From: Eledone cirrhosa | Taxonomy: Eukaryota | NCBI GenBank assembly: GCA_964016885.1 | Contig: OZ024747.1 | Span: forward strand, 73,160,001 to 73,224,000 | Direction: 5' to 3' | DNA: 64,000 nucleotides | Shown: piece after piece, positions 44,681-58,845 of the stretch | How the letters are laid out: every line of letters begins with the position of its first letter | Numbering within the stretch: position 1 is the first letter of the stretch | Notes under the pieces: model-generated | The model's database searches: none | What the model saw: the letters and a program-made list of their open reading frames with translations, nothing else | Told to the model about the DNA's origin: nothing | Translations under genes and position numbers: made by a program

Positions 44681-44971
44681 GACTAAAGATTAATATGGTT
44701 CATTGATTACTCAATGAATATAGTTTTACAATAGATTAAAAACACTAATATTATTCAAAACATTAATATTATTCAAAATATTAATAAATGAAGACGTTCA
44801 CATAATCAAAATATATATTTTATTATATATATTTCGGAGGTACTGTGCTGTTTCTTCAGTACGTCGATGAGGGCGTACTGAAAAACCAGCACAGTACCTC
44901 CGAAATATATATAATAAAATATATATTTTGATTATGTGAACGTCTTCATTTATTAATATTTTGAATAATAT
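44681..44971. mobile_element. Fold-back PLE-like element in (TA)n with hammerhead truncated at its core (family H12)
   Basis: Arms 44766-44865 / 44872-44971; the spacer holds GATGA(44866-44870), followed by stem II gtactg/cagtac and GAAA(44902)-TAT-ATA; tail 44681-44765. Confidence 0.7.
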
Positions 44972-45160
44972 ATATATATATATAAACGGAGTGGAAGATA
45001 GATAGTTATTTAGATAGAGTGAGACAGAGGGAGAGAGAAAGAGATAGATATACAAATAGGTAGATAGATAAAGAGATATAAAAAGAGTGTAAGATAGATA
45101 GACGGAGAGAGCCAACACGGACATTGAGAAACTTTGAAAAGAAATAGAAAGAAATTAAGT

Positions 45161-45220
45161 AATGTGCTGTAAATATATGAATGTGCTGTAAATATATGAA
45201 TGTGCTGTAAATATATGAAT
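45161..45220. repeat. 19-bp tandem repeat x3
   Basis: aatgtgctgtaaatatatg. Confidence 0.9.
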
Positions 45221-46309
45221 GAAAAGCTAACGAATGATGTCTGAGAATTAAGGATAAAGGAGAAAGAAGCAGAATTCAAAGGAAGTTTCAATTAATAATA
45301 ATAATAATAATAGTAATAATAACAATAATTATAATAATGATCGTAATGATAAACTACATACACACAAATACAGATTTTTTTTTTAGAAAAAAACAACAAG
45401 TAATTGTGATGTCCATGCATTTCAAAAGAGATTTAAGAACATAAACTACGCAATAAAACATATTATTTCTTTTGATCAGTCTTAAGGCCAGCCAATTTCA
45501 TAGGAAAATGTTTATAGTCAATAAATTTGATATTACTATTCTACAGTTATATAATAATAGCCAAATGAATCATTAGGTACTGTAAAGTATCTTGGAGTTG
45601 ACTTTATAGTCTGATCGACTATGCATAATAAATTCTTTCCTAGACTGAGGAGTGAATTCTGTAGCTAGTTAACGAACAGAAACCACTCCCGGATCTAACA
45701 TTCCGCTCAATCTATCTGTTCGGATAAGATGAGAAGAAAAAGGCAAGATTTAAACAGCAAATAGTACAAAGATTGATAGTAAATGTAGTATTTAGTCTGT
45801 TTAATCAAATTTACACAAAAGCACTTAACACACACGCTGCACACACATGCTACACCATTAAACACGCACGCACACACATACACATACACTCTCAAACACA
45901 CATTCACACAACCAAGCAAACAAACGTACACACACGATAACTCGCTTATTTTACCTCCAGTTGGCCTTCCCTAAAAAATCATTAAACTGAAAGTAAAACT
46001 GTAAATGTTGAGGAGAGTGGCCTCATCAATAATTTAAAGAAATGCAGATCAAGTAAAGTCTTCTTTTTATCATGGCGACTCCATTGTTATCAGTAAACAA
46101 GGTGAAAGCAACGAGATATTTCTTTTAGATATAATAACATGCAACGATGAATTAGTTCATGGGAGAACACTGAAGAATACGTTCACTGCATTAGAGGAAA
46201 ATTAAAGAACAGACAGACACCCCCAATATATACATACATACTTACATTCATAAATATACACACAGAGACAAATACACACACACACACACACACACGCACA
46301 TATATATAT

Positions 46310-46405
46310 CGGTTGATAAAATAAAGTACCAGTAACGCACTGGGGTCGATTTAATAGACGTTCCCCTCTCCTTAAAATTGTTGACCTTGTGCCTAAACAA
46401 TTATT
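46310..46405 (+). mobile_element. S1-related SINE 3' fragment
   Basis: gataaaataaagtaccagtaacgcactggggtcgat...ccttgtgcctaaa. Confidence 0.6.
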
Positions 46406-46523
46406 TGGTAAAATATATCGCCTCAAATGTGCTTCAAAAAATGAAAACAAATTAATTTTTCAGAGAAAAAACAAAAGTACAAACAAAAAACAATGAAATA
46501 TATAAATCAATGGTCAACATAAA

Positions 46524-46637
46524 TTTACAGGTAAAATACAATTGTCTGTATTTACAGGTAAAATACAATTGACTGTATTTACAGGTGAAGAACAACTGTC
46601 TGTATTTACAGGTAAAATACAATTGTCTGTATTTACA
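46524..46637. repeat. 27-bp tandem repeat x4
   Basis: tttacaggtaaaatacaattgtctgta. Confidence 0.9.
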
Positions 46638-49600
46638 AGCAATGTGAAAAATGTTAATCGCCTGAATGATGTAAAATAAAAAATAAAAAAATACTCATCT
46701 AAAATACAATAAAATTAAGTTAAAATAAAATAATTTAATCTGAGTTGATAGTGTTGAATATGTCCACCAAATATCTAAATATCACTGGAATGAGACATTT
46801 CGGAATAAAACAAGAATAATTCTTTTGTGATTTGCCCTGTTTAGTGCAGTCTAGTAAAAGGATAATCCTGGAGGGACAAATAAATTTTTATCTTTTAGTA
46901 ATTTAGTAGTAAATATTTAATTAAATTACAGATATTCTTTATTATTCAAAAGATCTATTCAATTAATTCATAGATTTAAGTTATGCATTTGTAATAAAGT
47001 TAATTATTATGACCATTAGGTACATTTGATATTAGCACGGCATATTGAATCATAATATTTCACAATATTAAAAATATTTCAGGTAATTCGCCTTTTCATT
47101 CATAGTTTGCTTTCGGCATTATTACCGATTATTTCTCCAGGGAAAAACGAAAAAGAATAAAAATGTATGCATATAATGCATATATATAATATATATATTA
47201 TATATCTATATATATGTATATATATATGTTTGTATATATGTATATATATATATATATCTACACGCACACACGCACACACGCGCACACACGCACATATATA
47301 TATATATATACATATGCATGAGTGTACATGTGTGTGTGAGTGTTTACACAATTTGCCGACATGCTAAAATGAAATTTTATTCCTAAATATAATGACACGT
47401 GCTTCCGATCTGAAAATATAATGATGTCTGCAACATTTATGAGATACGACCAAAATAAATAAAACATAACTTAAACCGGTTAAATGGATTATATGACTTG
47501 TTAAACATCCCCTATTACGAACCTGTTACAGAGAAATTACATTTCAATAATCGCAACTATACTCACATACAGAATAACCAATCAGTCATGCAAACTGTCT
47601 CTACATGAACGATCACTGCTAGAAAATAGCTATTTTTTTTATAACGAAATTAATAAATTTATATACAATATAAACACTGAATTTATATATATGGGTAACC
47701 GAAATTGCACTAATGTGAATATAAATATAGACATTTTAACATGTAGGTATGTAAACATGCAAACAAATTGAAATAAATTATAAACACCTTTAATTGTGTT
47801 TGTTTGTGGTTGTGTGATGATATACACGCCTTCAACTAGATCAGAAAATTGATTTAAAAAGGAACAGAAATTATTTTAGAATGATCCATGGCTTGCCATC
47901 ACTGCAAGAAGTGTTAAACATCCCTTTAACTGGGACGACACACATATTGACAACACTATCGCTGATAATCATCTGTCATTTTTTTTCACTTAACTTTATT
48001 AGATTATATTCCATAATTATGTAAGTTGTAAATAACTGAGTACTCTTATATGATTGAATATGATTCTGTTGTAAATATGATTTTAAACAGATAATGTAGA
48101 TATGTATAAAGCAAATGGTACTCTTGTAAGTGTGTAACTGTGTCAAGGACTTGTTGTGAACAACATTGTGTTTACATTCGTGACTTATCGATGTAAGTGG
48201 CAAGTTTCTCTGCCCGAGGTGTCGGGAAGACACTCGGTAAGAAACACTTAAATAACAACAACTACAACAACAACAACAACAACTATAACAACAACCTCAA
48301 CAACAATAACAACAAGAAACAAAAACATCAACAACCACTATAATAACAACAACAACCACTATAACATCAATAACAAAATCAACAACCACTATAATAACAA
48401 CAGCAACAACAACAACAACAACAACAACAATTATAGTAAACAACAATAACAAGTCTGATTACAACGGCAGGTAAATATCTAATTGAATTAGAATACCTTT
48501 TCAATATACGAATAACAATGACACAGGTTATATACTTAATGGGAAGTTATATAGAATTTCACAATACAATTCTTCCGGAGTCCAAACCTAATTGTTCTGT
48601 GTCTGTAGAATTTCCTATGTTTGTTCAGAAAACTGTTGAATTGTATTTATAGTTAATTACTTTTATACGTTATTATATATTTAAATTACAGGAATTCTAC
48701 TTTACTTTAAAGTAAAACTGTTGAATGTTGATATCAGAAGAGATAATCTCTAAATGTAGGCAAAATATTTATATCTGAGCAAAGATATTTGTGATACTAT
48801 TAAAATATTGTTATTAATGTGACTGAGAGTCACCATGAGAAAAGTTGAAAGAGAAGTAGTAACGTGTTGGTGGGGTTAACTTTCATTGATAATATTGCAA
48901 ATGTTTATATCAAAGCGAATTTATCAATAGAAATATCGATAAAAATAAATAAGTAAATAGCGATAGGTTTTTAAATATTTCTGGTATCATACATATGGTG
49001 ATTTTTCCTTTCAATAGAATTACTTATCACAATAAAGCTTTAAACAGCGAAATTTTCAAAGGTGATATGTAAGAGGATTGATATTTCTACCTTTCCAAAT
49101 TATATTACTGCCATAATTGAAGTGGTATGTCTCCAACCAGAAATCGAAACTAAATCACTAGATCGGTGATACCAACGATTACATTACTTCAATGGCGGTA
49201 ATGACATACAGACTGAAAGATATGCAATAAAATTACAATATTTGTAAAATTATAGATGCTTAATTGATGTGTGCTTGACTAAGACGTCATTAAGCTATAG
49301 CTTTAATGCACTTACTTATAATGATGAGACGCATTGGCTGCGCCAAGTTGAAAATCGAATGTTAAATTAGCGAAATAAAATAAAGAAAACGATAGCAGGG
49401 ACGTGACTGCAAAAAATATGTTGTGAAATTAAAGCAATGTATTTTTAAAGACAGCATATGCAGTATGTTATCACTTAGCAAAAATATAGAAATAGTAAAG
49501 AAATAATATTTGAATAGACTGACAGATTTGCTTCTGATGATATTCCAATGGTATCTTCTTTATCTGCTCATTAGGCTGAGTTTAAAAATGTAGTAGTAGT

Positions 49601-51165
49601 AACATAGCACAAAAGTTCGTTAATCATATAGGTAGGCTTCATAACTTTCTGCAATAAAAAGTATCTGGAACTCTATATTCTAGATTCTAGAATATAACTA
49701 CTCTCTGTTTATCTAGAAAAAAATTAGCAGCGAAAAATTGTCACGTTTATATCTAGATTTGTAATTTTGTAATTCTATCACGATTGCTTGTCTATAATAC
49801 TACTTAGTTTACAAACTCTTAATCATTTTTTTTCAACGTAAAAAGATTTAATTATTTCATATACAGAAAAATAAAGCAGTATCGGAAAAGACTGTAAATG
49901 CCATAAATGAGAGGAAAAGAAAGGGGGAAGGGGAGAGGATGGCATATTCTGCACATAGGTCTGAGTAGTCTTACTGCCCCTCCGACAAAATGGTAAAGGA
50001 ATTTCCGCAGACAATGGCCAGCGACACATGTTGCTACAGCCACCCCACCTCTCGGGGCTCCTTCCTAAGACGGGTTGTTATCCATCAGATTTCACGAGGG
50101 AGGCCAGCCGTCTTAATAATTTCTTCCTCGGAAACGAAGTCAAAAGTTTTGGTGTGAGAGAATAGTGGTTTATATAAACCTCATTACATGACAATTACTT
50201 TACTGTACCGATTCTGGAATGATAAAAAGTCGACCTCGGTGGGATTTGAACCCAAAATATAGAGGGCCCTAACTCAATACCACTACAGTGACCTAACATT
50301 CTCTAAATAATGGAATACATCTCCCATTCACTGAACAATACAATGCCCAGTATTGAATAACTGCATCTAAAAAATGTATCCACACTCAATTTTCGACTTC
50401 AGTTATCTGTGAATGGACTGCTGAGTTTTAAACAATTTGTTAAGTGGTAAAACCCAACAAAACTGTTTAATAGCAGTGACATGCATACATAAATGCATTG
50501 CATTGTAAAATAGCTTCACATGTTTCTTCTTTCTCTGACAAAGTCTTTTATTTCTCTATGTCTATCTGTCAAATACACGTCCATAGCAATATACAAAGCT
50601 TAAAGTCTAATAATACAAATGGTGATTTGTTCGCTTTTTAAACTTACATCTAACCTTTGGAAAGGGGTTTGTTATAAATATGCAGTTACTTTGCGAAGTT
50701 AAGCAAAGTGGTATTTCACAGGAAAAGCTTTGTTACTAAATAATAACCGTTTCTTCCCTTGAAAAAAGAAATAAAAGGAGTAAATATTCGAGAGAAAAAA
50801 AATTGATTTCAGCGCAACAAAATAGGGTATAGGAAATAAACAAAACAAAACAAAACTGGTCACTTTGTCAAATTCCAATTCTTTTTTTCATTTTTGACAA
50901 AGGAAATACCTGACCATATAATGGCTTCTTTCACCGAAGAAAATATCACTTTAACAGGTGGCATTCAATTGAACCAAACTTACTATGTCACAGATACTCG
51001 TTTTATCGAAGGCAGATATACTGAGGAGAAGTGTCTCCCCTCTCTCTCTGTATATATATATATACACACACACATTTATATATATATGTGTATGCATGTA
51101 TATACATATGTATACATATATGTACACACACATATGTATGTGTGCGCGTATATATATATATATAT

Positions 51166-51228
51166 ATAATTGTTTCTACTTTAGGCACAAGGCCAGCAAT
51201 TACCCAGTGCATTACTGGTACTTTATTT
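51166..51228 (-). mobile_element. SINE S1 3' fragment between TA tracts
   Basis: aattgtttctactttaggcacaaggccagcaattacccagtgcattactggtactttatttt. Confidence 0.8.
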
Positions 51229-51425
51229 TATATATATATATAATGTAAGGTGGCTTACAAGATAAATATGTTAGCTGCTTTATGTAACTGTGGGCATATT
51301 CTGCTAAAAAACATGAGCATGTGACAATCCCTTGTGATACATTTGTATGAAAGGTGTATGTGCTTCAGTGTATATGTGCTACCGATGTTTCTATCTATCT
51401 TCAGATAATATAATCAAAAATCCCA

Positions 51426-52688
51426 TACCTACCTACCTACCTACCTACCTACCTACCTACCTACCTACCTACCTACCTACCTACCTACCTACCTACCTAC
51501 CTACCTACTTGCCTACCTACCTACCTACTTACCTACCTACCTACCTACCTACCTACCTACCTACCTACCTACCTACCTACCTACCTACCTACCTACATAC
51601 CTACCTACCTACCTACCTACCTACTTGCCTACCTACCTACCTACCTACCTACCTACCTACCTACCTACCTACCTACCTACCTACCTACCTACCTACCTAC
51701 CTACCTACCTACCTACCTACCTACTTGCCTACCTACCTACCTACCTACCTACCTACCTACCTACCTACCTACCTACCTACCTACCTACCTACCTACCTAC
51801 TGCCTACCTACCTACCTACCTACCTACCTACCTACCTACCTACCTACCTACCTACCTACCTACCTACCTACCTACCTACCTACTTGCCTACCTACCTACC
51901 TACCTACCTACCTACCTACATACCTACCTACCTACCTACCTACTTGCCTACCTACCTACCTACCTACCTACCTACCTACCTACCTACCTACCTACCTACC
52001 TACCTACCTACCTACATACCTACCTACCTACCTACTTGCCTACCTACCTACCTACCTACCTACCTACCTACCTACCTACCTACCTACCTACCTACCTACC
52101 TACTTGCCTACCTACCTACCTACCTACCTACCTACCTACCTACCTACCTACCTACCTACCTACCTACCTACCTACCTACCTACCTTCCTACCTACCTACC
52201 TACCTACCTGCCTACCTACCTACCTACCTACCTACCTACCTACCTACCTACCTACCTACTTGCCTACCTACCTACCTACCTACCTACCTACCTACCTACC
52301 TACCTACCTACCTACCTACCTACCTACCTACCTACCTACCTACCTAACTACCTACATACCTACCTACCTACCTACTTGCCTACCTACCTACCTACCTACC
52401 TACCTACCTACATACCTACCTACCTACCTACCTACTTGCCTACCTACCTACCTACCTACCTACCTACCTACCTACCTACCTACCTACCTACCTACCTACC
52501 TACCTACCTACCTACCTACATACCTACCTACCTACCTACCTACCTACCTACCTACCTACCTACCTACCTACCTACCTACCTACTTGCCTACCTACCTACC
52601 TACTTGCCTACCTACCTACCTACCTACCTACCTACCTACCTACCTACCTACCTACCTACCTACCTACCTACCTACCTACCTACCTACC
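51426..52688. repeat. (CCTA)n tetranucleotide tract, about 1.26 kb
   Basis: Direct observation, with interspersed CTTG and CATA variants. Confidence 0.97.
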
Positions 52689-52718
52689 TTCGTATCTATA
52701 TATCTATCTATACGTCTA

Positions 52719-52753
<35 letters not shown>

Positions 52754-52993
52754 CTACCCACCTCTCTATCTATCTATCTATCTATCTATCTTGATAGAGT
52801 AAGACACGCTTCACATCGGCTCCGCTATTCCATCGGGATTTACCCTTACTATTGTAAGTACCGGATACATTTTTCAGTGCAACACATTTGGAACACTAAC
52901 CCCTGTTATTTAGGGAAACATTTTTGCATTTACCCCCTTTTTAGGGGGTAAAATAAATATCTAATTTTGCCGAAAAATTTCGTTCTTGGCAGC

Positions 52994-54811
52994 ATGGCGG
53001 AAAAGATGGCAGACATGTCTGCCATTAGCTCTGTCACGCCCCCCAAGTCTGAAGAACAAAAAATAATTACAACAAAATTAGACAACGAAACAAACAAAGA
53101 AAATGAAAAAACAAATGTTAAGGAAAATGAGCAAACGGAAAACAAACAAACAGAAAATAATACAAATAACAACAGGGCAACTTTCGCCCAGAAAACAAAA
53201 CAATCCATTACATACACACCAATTGACCTAACGGCCGCCAGAGAAAAACTGGCCGAAGCAAAGAAACACATTGTTTTGGGGGAGAATGGAATGTTTTCCA
53301 TTAACTCCCCCCCAGAATTCAAGAAAGCGAGAACAGAGAACACAGTTCTCTTCAGAACAATCCTAAACGAAACAAGAAAGCCAGCACAGCCCAGCCAAAT
53401 GGAGATAGAGTTGGTCCTAAAAGACTATATGAAGAATATTCTCTTCATACGAAAGGACCGACTCTATGGCAGCATTTCGGTCCTAACAAAAGACAAGGAA
53501 ACGGCGGAGAAGCTTTCCATAAGCCCACTCTCATCGACAACATACAGCTTCTATCCCTCCTACATGGGTAGAAGAACACAGAGAGTAAAAATACAAACAA
53601 TGCTGCCCACAATGGACTTCTGGTGGGCTATTGCTGGCTTCATAGACATGGGCGAGGACACAGTGCTGTCAATGGGGAAGGCATCCGGAGATGCGTTCCT
53701 GGGAATGGGCCTCGACCTACTAGTCCAAATGAGGCCCGAAAGAATAGCACAAATCCCGGATCGCATCTGGCTGGATGAGCTCACCCCAATAGATATAATT
53801 GTAGAGGGGAGAAGACCAGCATGCTATTTATGCATGGAAAGGGGACACATTAAGGCTAACTGCCCGAAACGTGTCCCCCCAAAAGGACTATTGCCCACAC
53901 CCACCACAAACAGTACACCAACACCACCCACCTCCAAAAATACACTAATACCACACACAGCAAACAAAATACAAACACCACCAAGCACATCACCACCACC
54001 AGCAGCAAACACAAGCTCGACACAAAAATCACCACCACCATCACCAACACAAACACCATCACCACCATTACCAACCACAAGCACGACACAAACAGCACCA
54101 CCACCACCACAAAACGCATTCCAAACAAATAATAAAAAAAACAGCAACAAATCTACCCCTCCCGCAAAAAAAAAACAACCAGACACGACGTCCCTCCCAC
54201 CTAGCGCTGAAGAGTTTCCCCCAACTTCTGAAGAAGAAGGAGGAGAAGCCTTCAGACAAGTTAAAAGAAAAAAAAGAAAGCACACACCCAGCACACCACA
54301 AATAACCCACACACAAACACCAACTCCAATAAAAAACACCCCACCCTCAACAAACAAAAATAAATCTGCGCCTCCCCTCTCCGAAACATTGACAGCATCA
54401 CAAAAAGAGACATTGCAATACACATATATAAATAAAGAAAACAAAAAACTGTTTAAATTAATAAACAATAGCCCTTTGGTGCAGACCGAAGGGCCAAACT
54501 TTATCTCAACAGAGAACTTCACCCATTTAAAAATGATAAAGGTCCCTCTGGACCTTTATCGTTCCTTAAAAGAACAATTTAGACAGGACGTGAGCCCCCC
54601 CTGTTTAAAACCGTTAAATCGCGTCCTCTTGAAAGATTTCCCCATAACCTCCCCTCTCCCTGACACAACTCCAAACACCCCAACCCAACCACACTCGGGC
54701 ACCCCCACACCACCACAAAACATCCCTCCACCCAACACACCTGACGCCATGGAAATTACACAACCCGGAGAGGTAAGTGCTTTTCTTTCTTCACTTTCAA
54801 CACCAAAATAG
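52994..54811 (+). CDS. Tx1 ORF1 protein (gag-like nucleic-acid-binding, CX2CX4HX4C), open frame
   Basis: Uninterrupted ORF of about 605 aa; VEGRRPACYLCMERGHIKANCP; Pro/Thr-rich linker; FRQVKRKKRK basic motif; homologous to ORF1 of element B. Confidence 0.85.
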   Translation: MAEKMADMSAISSVTPPKSEEQKIITTKLDNETNKENEKTNVKENEQTENKQTENNTNNNRATFAQKTKQSITYTPIDLTAAREKLAEAKKHIVLGENGMFSINSPPEFKKARTENTVLFRTILNETRKPAQPSQMEIELVLKDYMKNILFIRKDRLYGSISVLTKDKETAEKLSISPLSSTTYSFYPSYMGRRTQRVKIQTMLPTMDFWWAIAGFIDMGEDTVLSMGKASGDAFLGMGLDLLVQMRPERIAQIPDRIWLDELTPIDIIVEGRRPACYLCMERGHIKANCPKRVPPKGLLPTPTTNSTPTPPTSKNTLIPHTANKIQTPPSTSPPPAANTSSTQKSPPPSPTQTPSPPLPTTSTTQTAPPPPQNAFQTNNKKNSNKSTPPAKKKQPDTTSLPPSAEEFPPTSEEEGGEAFRQVKRKKRKHTPSTPQITHTQTPTPIKNTPPSTNKNKSAPPLSETLTASQKETLQYTYINKENKKLFKLINNSPLVQTEGPNFISTENFTHLKMIKVPLDLYRSLKEQFRQDVSPPCLKPLNRVLLKDFPITSPLPDTTPNTPTQPHSGTPTPPQNIPPPNTPDAMEITQPGEVSAFLSSLSTPK

Positions 54812-57800
54812 ATCAATTGAGAGTTGGCTGTTTGAACGCGCGTGGCCTGGGCTTAGCTTGGAAGCAAGCAAAGCTACTAAGTGACCTCAGGTCATGAAGT
54901 ATAGATGTAGTGGTTGTTTGCGAGAGTCGGATCAGCAGCGTGCGACAGCTGGCTCCCGCCTTCGATGACTTTGAGATGCACGCATCTCTCTGTCAACCCG
55001 GAGGCGGGGGGGGGGGGGGGCGGAGTTGCCGTACTGCTGGATAAACGTCTGGCTCTCGACGTACAGATTGTTCACTCGGACCCGGGGGGTCGAATACTGG
55101 TGCTGGACGTCGGAGGCGGTGAAGGCGGGGCTTTCAGACTGGTCGGTCTTTATGCCCCCTTCGGGGCTGAAAGAGCCGACTTCTTCCAGCGTCTGGAGAC
55201 TTTTCTAGGAACGTCGCGTTCCCTGCTTTTAATGGGGGACTGGAATGGAATCCTAGATGCGCGTTGGGACTATGCAGGGGCATGTCCCGATAGAGGGGGG
55301 TGTAGCAGCCTCAAGGGGTTACTCGATCGATTCGACCTGGTCGATAGATTTCGACTAGATTGTCCAACTGCGCCAACCTGGACCTGGGCAAACCGCAGTG
55401 GACAATCTAGATCGTACCTAGATAGGTTTTTGGTTAGGAGTAAGGATAGGGACGTATTTAGTTGTCCAGAATTGATCATGGTTGGCTATTCAGATCACAA
55501 ATTAGTGACCTGCGTGGTCAACCTTGATAGAACGCATAGACAGGGTCCCGGTTACTGGAAGATGAACTTGTCCTTACCGACAAAGAAAGATTACAGAAAC
55601 CGGATTAGTAGCTTAGTTAAGATGCGGTTGACGGGAGCGATTGTCAACAGTAGGTGGTGGGTATCTCTAAAGAGAGAGATTAGAGTAAGTTCGATAGGTT
55701 AAAGTAAGGAACTAGCGGCGAATAGAAATAGGAAGGAAAGGGAGTTAACAGATAAACTAGAAGAGGCGATTAGGAGCGGAGACGTAGCCAGAGTGTTAGC
55801 GGCGAGAACGGCGTTGAGCCAGTTCTTTGACGCGAAGCACGAAGGCTGCGTTGTCCGAAGTAAAATACGTGCTTTAGGAAACGAGGGGACCAAAGCTGTT
55901 AGCTGGGCCCGCGTGACAGAAGCCAAGAGTGGGATTAAATCCACCATTCGGTCTTTGCGAGACCAGGATGGACGGGTGATCCTTGAACCTGAGCGGATGT
56001 GCGAGGCCTTTCAAAGGCACTTTGCTCGACTGTTCGGAGGGGGCGGGGGGCCGGACGGGGATGTGGACTTCGGTCCATACCTCGACGGTCTACCGCGTCT
56101 TTCGAGCGGCGAAGCGGAGTGCTGCGAAAGGCCAATCACAGCCACTGAAATCGGGGAAGCGCTCAGCCAATGCAGCAGACGCAAATCTCCGGGTCTCGAT
56201 GGTCTACCATACGAACTTTATTTAGCTATGCCGGTCTTGTTCTCCGAACTCCTCGAGGCTGTCTATTGCAACTGGCAACAGAACGGGAGAATTCCCTGTT
56301 CTGTGACCAAGGGCGTGGTCACGCTAGTGAGGAAGGACGAGAGCAAGGGGGACGACTTAAGTAACTTTAGGCCCATAACTCTGCTGAATGCAGAGTTACA
56401 GATTTTGGCCAAGGTGTTGGCGAAGAGGTTGGCGCTTGTGGTGGGTGGTTTGGTGGGAGACGCGCAGACATGAGCTATCCCGTCCAGGTCCATTCACGAC
56501 AACCTCCACCTCATGCGATACATCATAGTGAGGGTTGGCAACGAACCCGGCTTTGGTGGGGCCCTGATCAACTTGGATCAACCTAAGGCGTTAGATAGGG
56601 TCGACCATGGTTACCTGGATGCGGTGCTAGCGGCGGCGGGCTTCGGACCCGTTTTCAGGGGCTGGATTTCTGCCATGCACAGTGGCAACATCTACTCTAG
56701 GATTAAAGTAAACGGCTACCTCTCGGAGCCGTTTCAAATCACCCGGTCCATCAGACAGGGGTGCCCCCTCTCCTCCCTTCTGTACGTATTGACTCTCGAG
56801 CCACTGCTGCGGAAGTTGGAGTTGCTGCGGGGCATACCCCTGGAACCGGGATTGCACAAAGCGGTCTCGGCCTATGCCGACGACGTAACAGTAATGGTGG
56901 CGGACGCCTCGGAAATCGGGGCGATCGCCACCCTACTGGAGGAATACGAAAGGCTGACGGGGGCTAGGCTGAACCGGGACAAGTCAGTCGGTTTGCAACT
57001 CGGAACGTGGAGGGGCAAACCGATGCCGTTAGACGGTGTCGTCGGGCGGTGGACGGAGGGCCCGGTGAAGCTGCTCGGGGTCTGGTTCGGACGGGACCTC
57101 CAGGTGGAGAAGAATTGGGGCGAGGTGACGAGCAGGGTGTTTGCGCTGACCCAGAAGTGGGCCAATTGCAAACTATCACTGAAAGGTCGGGCGGAGGTGA
57201 CGAACGCTTACATAGCGTCCGTCATCTGCTACCGCCTGACCGTCGTGCCTTGCCCCAAGGAAAAGATCACCATCATGGAACGCATGCTCTTCCAGTTCCT
57301 CTGGAAGAAGCGGCCTCCCATGGTGAGGAGATCCATCTGCTGCCAGCACCCTTCGAAAGGAGGGCTGGGTATGCCGTGGCTGTTGATGCGTAGGCACGCA
57401 TTGAGACTACGGCATCTACAGGTATTCCTCACCGGTCAGCCGGTGTGGGCCCCGTTTGTGAGGCGAGCCTTCCCACAGCTCGTCTCGCTCACCGAGCTGC
57501 AATCCTGGGTGAAGCAAAGACCGAGAAAACTGGGCAACTGGCACACCGAGTGTGCCCAGGCGCTCACGGCTATCTGGCAAGCGGACCCGACTGTCAGTGG
57601 AGAATCCACCTCGACATTCTATAGAGGGCTGGTGGCTAGCAGGGGCGACGACACCCTTGGAGAGTCGCTAGGCATGGAGGAGGACGAACTGGCCAGCCTG
57701 TTCGGTAGAACTTTCGGCCCGGGACCCATGGACAACTTCCAGAGGTCCCTAGCCTGGCAGTGTTACCGGGGGGCTCTGCCCGTTCGAGAAAAGCTCTACA

Positions 57801-58255
57801 GACACGGGCGCCCGGGCAGGGATCCAGCGAAAAAGATCTGACCCAGATGCGTGCGCGACGAGGAAACCGTTGCGCATGCACTGGTACACTGCCCGGGCGT
57901 TGCCGATCTGTGGGGCTACGTCGAACGACTGCTGTCGCGTGTGGCACCGATTCGATTAACCGCCGAGTCTGTGGTGAACATCAAGCCGCCGCCTCCCTTC
58001 AGAAACGAAGCAGAGGCGGTCTTTCTGTGCGTAATAGCCATGATGAAAGAGGTTGTGTGGTGGACGCGCCTGAAAGGTCTGAGGTCGGGTGACTTTCTCT
58101 CCGGCCATCACCTGGTTTACTTCTTCCGATACCACTTCGGAAGAAGGATCAGGATGGAGAGAGAAGTGCTTGACCCCAGACAGTTTTATGAAAGGTGGGT
58201 GAAAGAAGCGAGAATGGCTCGTGTAAATGGGCCTTCTCTCTACATTGTTCTGTAG
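54808..58255 (+). pseudogene. Tx1 ORF2 (APE endonuclease, reverse transcriptase, CCHC), disrupted
   Basis: GCLNARGL, MGDWN, YLDR, SDHK, SPGLDG, FRPITLLN, RQGCPLS, AYADD, CPRC..ETVAHALVHC; start is ATA; stops near 54895, 55700, 56471 and 57839; frameshift in the poly-G at about 55005-55020. Confidence 0.92.
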
Positions 58256-58486
58256 GTGAAGAAGTGAAGAGGAAAGGGGGAGTGCCTCCTCTCTGGGCTT
58301 CCCCCGCGAAAAGGGTTGCACACTTTTCGGGGGTATGTGCAATCCCGAACACGCACCCTCCCTTTTGAGGACTTTTTATTGTTATATTATTATTGTTATT
58401 CCTTTTTTCTTTACTCGATTTATGTAAACTCCCCCACTGTGTATTTGTCCCCTTCTTTTGTGCCCTCGTGCCAAATAAATAGAAAT

Positions 58487-58589
<103 letters not shown>

Positions 58590-58845
58590 ACTAGCTGTCG
58601 TCTGTTCTACAGCGTAGATGTAATTCACTTCGCACAGAAGTTTTGTTCAAATTTATTGAGGAAATTTTGTAAGTTCAATTTTAATTTTGATACTATTGTG
58701 TAGCTTGATCCCCCGTCTGAACTGTCAAGCGCTGGGTCAGCTCATCTTTACCCCTCCTAGGGGTGAAAAACCTGTTTTTAAAAATATTGTGGCATAAAAA
58801 ATTTCAATCGTCTGACAGAAATGTTAAACGAAGCTAACGAAAATA

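Noticed and set aside
51347-52951. 534-aa (PTYL)n ORF and overlapping frames
   Set aside because: Translation of (CCTA)n, which has no stop codons on this strand
53824-54522. 232-aa antisense ORF within Tx1 ORF1 and other antisense ORFs in A and B
   Set aside because: Shadow frames of C/A-rich or GC-rich coding sequence; not conserved as a unit between A and B
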